Source of the DNA: an uncultured Gemmataceae bacterium | GTDB lineage: Bacteria > Planctomycetota > Planctomycetia > Gemmatales > Gemmataceae | NCBI GenBank assembly: GCA_963750165.1 | Contig: CAVVPN010000003.1 | Coordinates: forward strand, 2,208,001-2,272,000 | Direction: 5' to 3' | DNA: 64,000 bases | Program-made: the position numbers and the translations under genes | Part shown: piece after piece, positions 8,873 to 17,996 of the stretch | How the letters are laid out: each line of letters begins with the position of its first letter | How positions within the stretch are numbered: position 1 is the first letter of the stretch | Notes under the pieces: model-generated | Databases searched by the model: none | Seen by the model: only the letters and a program-made list of their open reading frames with translations | Told to the model about the DNA's origin: nothing

Positions 8873-10279
8873 ATGCGTTCCCTGCTCGCGTTGACACTGG
8901 TGGCGCTGGTGCCGTTGACGGCGCCGGCCCAGGGCAAAAAGAAGGCCGAAGAAAAGCCACTGCTGGTCGTGGATCTGAAGCGCAGCGACACCGTGGCGTA
9001 CGAGAAGGAGGTCGAGCCGATCCTCCTGAAGCGCTGCGTCGCCTGCCACAGCGGCCCGGTCAAGGAAAGCCGTTTCGACATCAGCACCTACGAATCGCTC
9101 GTGAAGGGTGGCAAGCGCGGCGTTGCCGTCGTGCCCGGCAAGGCCGACAGCAGCCTGCTCTACAAGTCGATCATGCGCACCCACAAGCCGTACATGCCGC
9201 CCCAGGGCGAGGGCGATATCACACCCAAGGAAGCGGCCACCATCAAGCTGTGGATCGACCAGGGCGCCAAGGCCCCCACGGGCATTCGCGTCAAGGAGAA
9301 GATCATCGTCGGTCTGCCGCCGGCCAATGTGACGCCGGTTCGCGCCGTCGCCGTCAGCCACGACAAGTCGATGGTCGCCTCGGGCCGCTCCAATCAAATC
9401 CACATTTACGACGCCGGCTCCGGCACCTACATTCGCTCCTTCTACGATCCCGACGCGAAGACGCCGGACGGCAAGGTGGTCAAGGCGGCGCACCTGTCGC
9501 TGGTCGAGTCGCTGGCGTTCTCGCCGGACGGCAAATTCCTGGCGAGCGGTAGTTTTCAGGAGGTGTCGCTGTGGGACGTGCAGACCGGCAAGCTGCGCAA
9601 GAAGCTGACCGGCTTCGCACACATGGTCGTGGCCGTGGCGTTCAGCGCCGACGGCAAATTCTTCGCGACCGGCGGCGGCGCTCCGACGGAGGACGGCGAG
9701 GTCAAGGTCTACGAGGCGGACACCTGGAAGTTGGTGACCGAGATCAAGAACGGCCACAGCGACACGGTGTACGGCCTGTGCTTCAGCCCGGACCACAAGA
9801 AGATCGCGACCGCCAGCGCCGACAAGTTCGTCAAGGTGTGGGAACTGCCGAGCGGCAAGTTCATCAAGTCGTTCGAGGGCCACACGCATCACGTGCTCGA
9901 CGTGGGCTGGATGGCCGACGGCAAACTGCTGGCCAGCGCCGGCGCCGACAACACCGTCAAGGTGTGGGACTACGAGAAGGGCGAGCAGGCGCGGACGATC
10001 AAAAACGTCCACAGCAAACAGGTGACGCGGCTGATGTTCATCGGCAAGACCTCGCAGGTGGTGACGTGCAGCGGCGACGCCACGGTGAAGTTCGTCAATG
10101 TGCAGAGTGGCGGCGTGACCCGCAACTTCGCCGGCAACACGGATTTCGTGTACGCGGTGAGCGTGTCGCCGGACGGGGCCATCGTCGCGGCCGGCGGCGA
10201 GGAGGGCGTGGTGCGCGTCTACAACGGCACCAACGGCCAAATGCTGCGGACGCTGGTGCCGCCGGGTGAGAAGAAGTAA
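8873..10279 (+). CDS. Planctomycete cytochrome c plus WD40-repeat protein
   Basis: Signal peptide; VEPILLKRCVACH, MPP, WIDQGA; multiple GH...WD / FSPDGK repeats; GGAGGA RBS. Confidence 0.9.
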   Translation: MRSLLALTLVALVPLTAPAQGKKKAEEKPLLVVDLKRSDTVAYEKEVEPILLKRCVACHSGPVKESRFDISTYESLVKGGKRGVAVVPGKADSSLLYKSIMRTHKPYMPPQGEGDITPKEAATIKLWIDQGAKAPTGIRVKEKIIVGLPPANVTPVRAVAVSHDKSMVASGRSNQIHIYDAGSGTYIRSFYDPDAKTPDGKVVKAAHLSLVESLAFSPDGKFLASGSFQEVSLWDVQTGKLRKKLTGFAHMVVAVAFSADGKFFATGGGAPTEDGEVKVYEADTWKLVTEIKNGHSDTVYGLCFSPDHKKIATASADKFVKVWELPSGKFIKSFEGHTHHVLDVGWMADGKLLASAGADNTVKVWDYEKGEQARTIKNVHSKQVTRLMFIGKTSQVVTCSGDATVKFVNVQSGGVTRNFAGNTDFVYAVSVSPDGAIVAAGGEEGVVRVYNGTNGQMLRTLVPPGEKK

Positions 10280-10367
10280 CACCACAAAGACACAAAGAAA
10301 CACAAAGGAAGACAGCGAGATTATTTCTCACCTGTCTTCCTTTGTGTTTCTTTGTGTCTTTGTGGTG
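10280..10367. repeat. Inverted cassette of CACAAAGA-type units
   Basis: 36-bp perfect arms CACCACAAAGACACAAAGAAACACAAAGGAAGACAG. Confidence 0.92.
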
Positions 10368-10375
10368 AATCCGTT

Positions 10376-10990
10376 TCAGGCAACCGCCGGGCACAGGTGC
10401 GCCCGCAGCTTGCGAATCGCCTTGTACTTCTCGTCGCTGACGCGCTCCGGCGCCAGCGCCAGCCGGTCGGCGATGTCCTGCACCGACCAGCCCTCAAAAC
10501 TCAGCTGCAAAATCTGCCGCTGCCGATCGCTGAGCAGTTCGCTCGCCGCCTGCTCCACCGCCTCGCGCTCGTCGGCCCGCTGCCGGGCGCCCGGGTCGCG
10601 GTCGTCGCCGACGACGCCCAGCAACTGCGTCGTCCGCTTGCAGCCGCGCTGCGTCCGCTTCTTCACCGCGTCGATGGCACGGATGAACTCGCGCCGCTCG
10701 TCGCCATCGCCCTTCAGCGCCGACTCCCACGACTCGGAGCCGATGCGCTGAAGCAAGCGGCGAAAGACCTCCTGCGTGCAGTCGTTCCAGGTGTCCGGCG
10801 GCAGGCGGGCGTTGCGCCAGCAGACGGTGCAGTAGCGACTGATGTCGTTGACGATCCGCTGATCCGGCGCAGCGGTTGCGGCTGCGGCAACGCCGGGCAG
10901 CGCGGGCAGCGCCGACAGGGCGGTGCCCAGCACCATCGCGACCATCAACGATTTACGGCGACGCACGGGGGCGGTTGGGGTGCTGTTCAT
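10376..10990 (-). CDS. ECF-like sigma-70 factor with a hydrophobic N-terminal extension (alternative start 11008)
   Basis: Region 2-like DCTQEVFRRLL; region 4 LSDRQRQILQLSFEGWSVQDIADRL...KYKAIRKLR. Confidence 0.75.
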   Translation of the reverse strand: MNSTPTAPVRRRKSLMVAMVLGTALSALPALPGVAAAATAAPDQRIVNDISRYCTVCWRNARLPPDTWNDCTQEVFRRLLQRIGSESWESALKGDGDERREFIRAIDAVKKRTQRGCKRTTQLLGVVGDDRDPGARQRADEREAVEQAASELLSDRQRQILQLSFEGWSVQDIADRLALAPERVSDEKYKAIRKLRAHLCPAVA

Positions 10991-11140
10991 CGGACCACTA
11001 TTCTCCATCGGGGAACGAAAACGGACCTTCGTTCCTGATTCGGACAATCGGCCCTGGCGATCTCGCCGCCGACGGCCGAAAAAATTTCGTAAGATGACGG
11101 CACCCACATTTACCACCCACACCCTGCCGGAGTTACCGTT

Positions 11141-12025
11141 ATGAGCATTATATCACGCCGAGCCTTCCTCCGCACTACCGGCGCCACGACCGCCGCCGGC
11201 CTCGCTGCCGCGCCGACCGCCGCCGCCCAGGCGCAACCGCAGAAACAGCCGCTGCGCTTCCGCCTGGGCATCGTCACCTACAACATCGCCGCCGGCTGGG
11301 ACGTGCCGACAATTTTGAAGGTCTGCCGCGCCGTCGGCCTGGCCGCCGTGGAGCTGCGCACCACACACAAGCACGGCGTCGAGCCGACGCTGACCGGCGC
11401 CCAGCGCAAGGAGGTCCGCGCCCGCTTCGCCGACGCCGGCGTCGCCATCTGGGGCTGTGGCACCGTCTGCGAATTTCAGTCGCCCGAGCCGGCCGTCGTC
11501 AAGCAGAACATCGACACCTGCCGCCGCTTCGTTGAGCTGGTGGCGGACCTCGGCGGCCGCGGCGTCAAGGTGCGGCCCAACGGACTGCCGCCGAAGGTGC
11601 CGGTGCAGCAGACGTTGACGCAGATTGGCAAGGCCCTGGTGCCCTGCGGTGAGGCGGCGGCCAAGGCGGGCGTGGAAATCTGGGTCGAGGTCCACGGCAG
11701 AGGCACCCAGGAGCCGCGCAATATGCGCACCATCATGGAGGCGTGCGGCCACCGGAGCGTTGGCGTCACCTGGAACTCGAACGCGACCGATGTGGTCAAG
11801 GGCAGCGTGTCCGAGTCGTTCAAGCTGCTGCGGCCGTGGATCAAGTCGTGCCACATTAACGAACTGCACAGTGGTTATCCGTACCGCGAGCTGTTCCGGC
11901 TGCTGCGCGAGACGGGCTACGACCGCGTGACGCTGGCGGAGATTCCCGGCACCGCGGACGTGGCCAGCGGCGAACGGCTGCTGCGGTATTACCGGATGTT
12001 GTGGCAGGAACTGAACCGCGAGTGA
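11141..12025 (+). CDS. Tat-exported sugar phosphate isomerase/epimerase (xylose isomerase-like TIM barrel)
   Basis: SRRAFL Tat motif; VELR, WVEVHG, CHINE motifs. Confidence 0.85.
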   Translation: MSIISRRAFLRTTGATTAAGLAAAPTAAAQAQPQKQPLRFRLGIVTYNIAAGWDVPTILKVCRAVGLAAVELRTTHKHGVEPTLTGAQRKEVRARFADAGVAIWGCGTVCEFQSPEPAVVKQNIDTCRRFVELVADLGGRGVKVRPNGLPPKVPVQQTLTQIGKALVPCGEAAAKAGVEIWVEVHGRGTQEPRNMRTIMEACGHRSVGVTWNSNATDVVKGSVSESFKLLRPWIKSCHINELHSGYPYRELFRLLRETGYDRVTLAEIPGTADVASGERLLRYYRMLWQELNRE

Positions 12026-12051
12026 GCGATCATGGGGGCGAGGTGCGCGGC

Positions 12052-12450
12052 TCACTCGCCGCACACCTCGCCCAGCACGTCCTCGGAGACGTAAATGGGC
12101 ACCTTGGCGGTGACGGCCAGGGCGATGGCGTCGCTGGGCCGGCAGTCCACCTCGACCATTTCGCCGCTCAGCTTGATGCGCAGTTTGGCGAAATAGGTGT
12201 GGTCCTTCAACTCGCTGATGACGATGTCCTGCAATTCGCCGCCCATGTTCTCGATGACATTGGCGACGAGGTCGTGGGTCAGCGGCCGCGGCGACGGCAT
12301 GCTTTTGACGCGCCGGTCGATGCTGGTCGCCTCAAAGATGCCGATGACGATGGGGAAGCTGCGGTCGCCGTCCACCTCCCGCAGCATGATCACCTGCTGG
12401 TCGTGGACCTCGTTGATGATGATCCGTTTCAATTCCATCTGGACCTGCAC
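12052..12450 (-). CDS. Bifunctional nuclease family protein (DUF151)
   Basis: PIVIGIFEA, RPLTHDL, DCRPSDAIALA. Confidence 0.93.
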   Translation of the reverse strand: MQVQMELKRIIINEVHDQQVIMLREVDGDRSFPIVIGIFEATSIDRRVKSMPSPRPLTHDLVANVIENMGGELQDIVISELKDHTYFAKLRIKLSGEMVEVDCRPSDAIALAVTAKVPIYVSEDVLGEVCGE

Positions 12451-12527
12451 GGCAGCCTCTCTTTCGCCTGAGCGACGGCGCTGGGAACGGCAATGTATGA
12501 CGGCGGCGGGGCCGGGACTCTCGCCGC

Positions 12528-12557
12528 ATTATAGAACTTCTCCGCAAAGCCGGTCAA
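12528..12557 (-). promoter_or_regulatory. Putative sigma-70 promoter for the DUF151 gene
   Basis: Minus strand TTGACC-N18-TATAAT. Confidence 0.55.
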
Positions 12558-12796
12558 GCGCGCCGCGCCGCGCCCACGACTTCTGTTGCAGCGGCCCGTC
12601 TCAGGGGCTATAGTTCTGATTAGGGCAGAAAATCCCTGCGCCGCGGAACCGAATCCCGGCCGGGCGCATTTACATTGCAGCGGCGGGTTTTGCTGCTATC
12701 CTGGGTGGGGGTGGGGTCGGCCACCGCGGCACGTTGAGAACCAGTCTGGCCAGTCCGCGGTCAGCGGTGCGGCCCAAGGAAACACGAGGTGGGCTC

Positions 12797-13552
12797 ATGG
12801 CCCTGGCACTTTCGATTGGCAAGTGTTCGGTTCTGGGCAATTATCGCGAAAACAACGAAGACGCGATCGAGGCCAAACAGTTCCCCGACATGACGGTGTG
12901 CATTGTCGCGGACGGCATGGGTGGCCAGGCGGCCGGCGAGATCGCCAGCAACCGGGCCATTGAAGTGCTGCCGCGCGAGTTGCGCCGCGGCCTGTCCCAG
13001 GCGACCACCGCCGAACAGGGCAAGGCCGTCATCCGCAAGTCCATCGTCCAGGCCAATGAAGAAATCATGGCGATGGGCGCCCTCGACCGCGATCTGCGCA
13101 ACATGGGCACGACGGTTGTGATGGCCCTGTGGCGCAAGAGCGGCGAGCTGTTCATCGCCAGCGTCGGCGACAGCCGGGCATACCAGATTCGCGGCGGCCG
13201 CATTGAGCAACTCACGGTGGACCACTCGCTGGCGCAGGCACTGGTCGAGAACAAGACGATCTCGCAGGCCGAGGCACGCGAGCACCGCTTCCGCAACGTG
13301 CTGTGGAAGTACCTCGGCAGCAAGGAGGTCGGCGAGGGGCCGGATGTGCTGGTGGTGCCGTTGCAGGCCGGCGACAAGTTCCTGCTCTGCACCGACGGCC
13401 TGTCCGGCGTCGTCTCCGATGATTTGCTGTTCAGCTACATTCAGGAGCACCCCGACCTGCAGGAGTGCGCCGAGGGCCTGTGCCAGCTGGCCCTGGACCA
13501 CGGTTCCCGCGACAACGTCTCGTGCATCGTCATCGAGGTCGTGGAGTCGTAG
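12797..13552 (+). CDS. PP2C-family Ser/Thr protein phosphatase
   Basis: RENNED, VADGMGG, MGTT, VGDSRAY, LCTDGL, DNVS. Confidence 0.95.
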   Translation: MALALSIGKCSVLGNYRENNEDAIEAKQFPDMTVCIVADGMGGQAAGEIASNRAIEVLPRELRRGLSQATTAEQGKAVIRKSIVQANEEIMAMGALDRDLRNMGTTVVMALWRKSGELFIASVGDSRAYQIRGGRIEQLTVDHSLAQALVENKTISQAEAREHRFRNVLWKYLGSKEVGEGPDVLVVPLQAGDKFLLCTDGLSGVVSDDLLFSYIQEHPDLQECAEGLCQLALDHGSRDNVSCIVIEVVES

Positions 13553-13565
13553 ACAAAGACCAATC

Positions 13566-13598
13566 ACGAAAACACGAACGAACGAAAACACGAAAAAG
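13566..13598 (+). repeat. Short CACGAAAA-type tandem repeat (single arm)
   Basis: CACGAAAACACGAACGAACGAAAACACGAAAA just after the PP2C stop. Confidence 0.6.
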
Positions 13599-13807
13599 AC
13601 CCGTTTTTTGACACTCAGGTCCAGGGCGAGCCGCTGTTCCAGAAATCTTCCACAACGGCGACACGCTGGTGGTGCCGGACGTGTTGCCCGGTTTTTCCGT
13701 GCCGGTGCTGCGCCGGTTCGAGTGACGGCGTCCGTTTTCGCTCCGGGCCGGGCCGCGGTCGCTATAACGACTCCTGAAGCCAGCGCAAGTTCTCAGGAGT
13801 AGCCACC

Positions 13808-15247
13808 GTGAGCGAGTACCGCACCGAACGCGATTCCATGGGCGACGTGAAGGTCCCGGCACAGGCGTACTACGGCGCCCAGACGCAGCGCGCCGTCGAA
13901 AATTTCCCGATCTCCGGCCAACCGCTGCCGCGCCGCCTGATCCACGCCCTGGGCCTGGTCAAGGTCGCCGCCGCGGTCGCCAACCGCGATCTCGGCAAAC
14001 TCAAGGCCGCCATCGCCGAGCCGATCATCACTGCCGCCCGCGAGGTCGCCGCCGGCAAACACGACGACCAGTTCCCCATCGACGTTTACCAGACCGGCTC
14101 GGGCACCTCGTCGAACATGAACGCCAACGAGGTCATCAGCAACCGCGCCATCGAGCTGACCGGCGGCGACCGCTTCGACTCCAAAAAGCCCATCCACCCC
14201 AACGACCACGTCAACATGGGGCAGTCCACCAACGACATGTTCCCCACCGCCATCCATGTCGCTGTCGGCCAGGCCATCTCCAAGGAACTGATGCCAGCGC
14301 TGAAGCGGCTGAACGAGGTGCTGGAGGAGAAGGCGAAGAAGTGGGACGCCATCATCAAGATCGGCCGGACGCATCTGGCGGACGCGACGCCGATCCGGCT
14401 GGGCCAGGAGTTTTCCGGCTACACGCGGCAGCTGGAGTTGTCGCGGGAGCGGACGGTGCGGGCGCTGAACGCGGTGCGGGAACTGCCGGCGGGCGGCACC
14501 GCGGTCGGCACCGGCATCAACACGCACCCGCAGTTCGGCGCGAAGGTGGCCCAGGCGCTGGCGCAGGAAACCGGCGTCGGGTTCGTCGAGGCCAGGAATC
14601 ATTTCGAGGCGAACGCCAACCGCGACGGCCTGGTGGAGTGCAGCGGTCAACTGCGGACGATTGCGGTGACGCTGTTCAGCGTGGCGAACAACATCCGCTG
14701 GCTGGGCAGTGGGCCGCGCTGCGGTTTTTACGAGGTGATGCTGCCGGATCGCCAGCCGGGCTCGTCGATCATGCCGGGCAAGGTCAACCCGGTCATGTGC
14801 GAGAGCATGATGCAGGTGTGCGCCCGGGTGATCGGCAACGACCAGACCGTGGCCTTCGCCGGCGCCACCGGCGGCCAGTTCGAGCTGAACATCATGATGC
14901 CGATGATGGGCAAGGTGGTGCTGGAGAGTGTGGTGCTGCTGGCCTCCTGCACGCAGGCGTTCGTGGAGTTTTGCGCGTTGGAAATGGAGGCGAACGCGGA
15001 GGGCTGCACGCGGCAGGTGGAGCAGAGCCTGGCGATGGTGACGAGCCTGAATCCGCTGATCGGCTACGACACCGCCGCGGCCATCGCCAAGGAGGCGTTC
15101 AAGAGCGGCAAGACGGTGCGCGAACTGTGCCGCGAGAAGATGGCGGCGGGGACGCTCAAGAAGAAGGAGGGCGGCGCCGTCGTGACCGAGGCAGAGTTGA
15201 CCGCGGCGCTGGACCCGCGGGCGATGACGGAGCCGTCGAAGGCGTGA
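13808..15247 (+). CDS. fumC: Class II fumarate hydratase
   Basis: RTERDSMG, QTGSGTSSNMNANEV, KIGRTHL, GSSIMPGKVNP signature. Confidence 0.95.
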   Translation: MSEYRTERDSMGDVKVPAQAYYGAQTQRAVENFPISGQPLPRRLIHALGLVKVAAAVANRDLGKLKAAIAEPIITAAREVAAGKHDDQFPIDVYQTGSGTSSNMNANEVISNRAIELTGGDRFDSKKPIHPNDHVNMGQSTNDMFPTAIHVAVGQAISKELMPALKRLNEVLEEKAKKWDAIIKIGRTHLADATPIRLGQEFSGYTRQLELSRERTVRALNAVRELPAGGTAVGTGINTHPQFGAKVAQALAQETGVGFVEARNHFEANANRDGLVECSGQLRTIAVTLFSVANNIRWLGSGPRCGFYEVMLPDRQPGSSIMPGKVNPVMCESMMQVCARVIGNDQTVAFAGATGGQFELNIMMPMMGKVVLESVVLLASCTQAFVEFCALEMEANAEGCTRQVEQSLAMVTSLNPLIGYDTAAAIAKEAFKSGKTVRELCREKMAAGTLKKKEGGAVVTEAELTAALDPRAMTEPSKA

Positions 15248-15260
15248 ACCCGTCTGGACT

Positions 15261-15759
15261 GCCGCTTGCGGCTTACGCGCGCTGCAACCCTTCTGGAGCG
15301 CGTTGCGTTCGGGTGTCGCGGGTTCTTCGCCCCGAAGGGGCGGGACAACTTAGCCCAGGGCAACGCCCTGGGGACGCCGATGCGACCCCACCTTCTCTCT
15401 TCCGTGTCCTGAAGGGGCACCACAAGCGTTGTTGTGGTGCCCCTTCAGGGCACGGAAGAAAGTAACAGTCGCCTCCCTGGTTCCCAGGGCGTTGCCCTGG
15501 GCTAAGTGGTCCGTACCGCAATTAACTGGAGGGTTGCGGGATCGTTCGTAGGACGGCTCTCCAGAGCCGTCCCGGCGTGAGCGGGACGGCTCTGGAGAGC
15601 CGTCCTACGGTCCCAGGCCGTCACCCCCAACCCTCCAGTTAATTGCGGTACGGACCACTAAGTTGTCCCGCCCCTTCGGGGCGAAAGACACGACCGCTAC
15701 AGTCGTCTGCGAACCGCGCTAACGTCAGAAGGGTTGCAGCGCGCTAAGCCGCAAGCGGC
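15261..15759. repeat. Nested palindromic repeat composite
   Basis: Outer IR GCCGCTTGCGGCTTA..CTGCAACCCTTCTG; inner IR TTCGCCCCGAAGGGGCGGGACAACTTAGCCCAGGGCAACGCCCTGGG; central hairpin. Confidence 0.9.
15507..15657. mobile_element. MITE with 30-bp terminal inverted repeats, flanked by CTAAG direct repeats and carrying a GTAG REP
   Basis: TGGTCCGTACCGCAATTAACTGGAGGGTTG...CAACCCTCCAGTTAATTGCGGTACGGACCA; CTAAG at 15502-15506 and 15658-15662. Confidence 0.82.
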
Positions 15760-15821
15760 GGTCCCTGGCAGGCCAGCCGTGATTGAATAACGTGATCCAC
15801 AACTATCAAGGAGACCCATTC

Positions 15822-17138
15822 ATGACGACCCGACGTATCACCCGCCGCGCCGCTCTGGGCCTGGGAGCCGCGGCGCTGGGCTTACCGTTCGTGTACCGGG
15901 CCTACGCCGCCCAGCCGAACGAGACGCTCAACCATGCCAGCTTCGGCGCCAACGGCATGGCCCTGTCCGACATCCGCTCGCTGACTGCGAGCAAGCACGT
16001 CCGCCTCGTCGCGGTTGCCGACGTGGACCTGGCGCGCACCGCCGAGGTCCGCAAACAGTTCCCGCAGGCCCGCATCTACCAGGACTGGCGCGAGCTGCTC
16101 GACAAGGAGAAGGGCCTGAATTCGGTCAACGTTTCGACGCCGGACCACATGCACGGGCCGATCACGATGCGCGCCATCCAGCAGGGGCTGCACGTCTACA
16201 CGCAGAAGCCGCTGACGCAGACGATCTACGAGGCTCGCCAGCTGACCACGGCGGCGCGCGACCGCAAAATCGTCTCGCAGATGGGCATTCAGATTCATTC
16301 ACACCCGGTCCACCGCACGGTGGTGGCGACCATCCAGGCGGGTGCCATCGGCAAGGTGCGCGAGGTCCACAGCTGGAGCGGCAAGCACTGGGGCGACCGC
16401 AATCCGCGGCCGAAGCGCAACGACGCGGTGCCGCAAATGCTCAACTGGAACTTCTGGCTCGGCGTCGCGGCGGAGCGGCCGTACCTGGCGAAGTATTACC
16501 ATCCCGGCGAGTGGCGCAAGCGGCTGGACTTCGGCACCGGCACCTTCGGCGACATGGGCTGCCACATCCTCGACCCGGTGTTCAGCGCTCTGGCGCTGAC
16601 GGCGCCGCGCTCGGTGCGTGCCGAGAGCGGCGGCCCGAACGCGGACAGCTGGGGCCTGGACTGCCAGGTGCAATACATCTTCCCCGGCACACGCTTCGCC
16701 GCGGACCCGGTGACGCTGTACTGGTATGACGGCGACCGGCGGCCACCGATGAAGGTGCAGAAACTGCTCGGCGGCCGCAGGCTGAACGACCAGGGTTCGA
16801 TCTACATCGGCAGTGAGGGCGTGCTGTATTCGCCGTACATCGCGGCGCCGGTGCTGCTGCCGGCGGAGCGTTTCAAGAACTACAAGTTCCCGAACCCGGG
16901 CGGCGAGAACCATTATTTGCAGTTCGTGGAGGCGTGTCGCGGTAACGGCCGGACCTCGACGCCGTTCAGCTACTCCGGGCCGCTGACGGAGTCGGTGCTG
17001 CTCGGCTGCCTGGCGACGCGCTTCCAGAAGCAGACGCTCAACTGGGACGCGGCGAACCTGCGGGTGACCAACGTCAAGGACGCGAACCAGTTCGTGCGCC
17101 GCCGCTACCGCAAGGGCTGGGAAGTGCAGGGGCTGTGA
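15822..17138 (+). CDS. Tat-exported Gfo/Idh/MocA oxidoreductase
   Basis: TRRAAL; STPDHMH, YTQKPL, GDMGCHILD; RRRYRKGW C-terminus. Confidence 0.92.
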   Translation: MTTRRITRRAALGLGAAALGLPFVYRAYAAQPNETLNHASFGANGMALSDIRSLTASKHVRLVAVADVDLARTAEVRKQFPQARIYQDWRELLDKEKGLNSVNVSTPDHMHGPITMRAIQQGLHVYTQKPLTQTIYEARQLTTAARDRKIVSQMGIQIHSHPVHRTVVATIQAGAIGKVREVHSWSGKHWGDRNPRPKRNDAVPQMLNWNFWLGVAAERPYLAKYYHPGEWRKRLDFGTGTFGDMGCHILDPVFSALALTAPRSVRAESGGPNADSWGLDCQVQYIFPGTRFAADPVTLYWYDGDRRPPMKVQKLLGGRRLNDQGSIYIGSEGVLYSPYIAAPVLLPAERFKNYKFPNPGGENHYLQFVEACRGNGRTSTPFSYSGPLTESVLLGCLATRFQKQTLNWDAANLRVTNVKDANQFVRRRYRKGWEVQGL

Positions 17139-17211
17139 GGGGTATTGTTTACCGCTCCCGCATCGCACACTCGCCGCGATGCGGGAGCAGTAGATAGCCA
17201 AGGATGATTCG

Positions 17212-17550
17212 ATGGCTGTAACAGACGACATTCGCTTACGGCTCAGCGCCCAGCGGGCGCTGCTGACGCACATCACTCGCTCGATGCGGGCGGTTTCGGT
17301 TGACGTGATTCCCGAGGAAAAGCGAGCCTGGATACGGTTCATCTTCGACGGCGAACCTCCGGCAGCCGAGGCCGAAACTGCGTCCGTTGCTTGCACGGAA
17401 ATCATGACTGATTTTGTCGATGATTGGACGTTCGACACGGAGTTCGTTGTGACCCCCTATCCGCAGAAGATGGCTCACCGTCGGATGGCAGTTTTCGCTC
17501 GTTGCGAGGATGATTGGGTGATCGGCGGCGGTGATGCGGCTCATGGGTAA
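17212..17550 (+). CDS. Small acidic protein resembling polymorphic-toxin immunity proteins
   Basis: LSAQRALL...RAVSVD...IRFIFDGE...ASVACTEIMTDF pattern recalled from such families; atypical codon usage. Confidence 0.5.
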   Translation: MAVTDDIRLRLSAQRALLTHITRSMRAVSVDVIPEEKRAWIRFIFDGEPPAAEAETASVACTEIMTDFVDDWTFDTEFVVTPYPQKMAHRRMAVFARCEDDWVIGGGDAAHG

Positions 17551-17888
17551 CCGAGATAGGTCTTGTACTTCTGAAGTAACTCGTCGAGCGGCGTTGCCTT
17601 CTTGAAGGCGATGACCTCTTCCGTCCCCACCGCGACCACCTCGGGGCCCGCCGGCGTCGGCCGGTAAACGACTTCCACATAGAGCCCGCCAAAAAAAAAG
17701 CCGATGGTCCAATCGTTCAACAGCTGCTGCTCATACCTTGCAAACAACGCCGGGGGGTGCTTGTCTCGTTCCTGTTCGACTCGCGCGCGCACCAGTTCCG
17801 GTGGTGGGATGAGGCCCCGCGGCAACTTCTCCAGGGGTTCGGAGTTGCCTTCTTGAGACGGCGTGGCAAGTTGGTCGATGGACGGCAT
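17541..17888 (-). CDS. Hypothetical protein
   Basis: 115-aa ORF with GGAGG RBS; its 3' end overlaps the convergent ORF. Confidence 0.6.
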   Translation of the reverse strand: MPSIDQLATPSQEGNSEPLEKLPRGLIPPPELVRARVEQERDKHPPALFARYEQQLLNDWTIGFFFGGLYVEVVYRPTPAGPEVVAVGTEEVIAFKKATPLDELLQKYKTYLGYP

Positions 17889-17996
17889 GACGTTGACCCT
17901 CCCTACTCACAGCATACTCGACCCGGCGCGGAAATGCTAATCGGCTTGCCGCTCAGCGCAGGAAGCGCGCCGAGCGGCAAGCCGCAGCAAGAAGCG

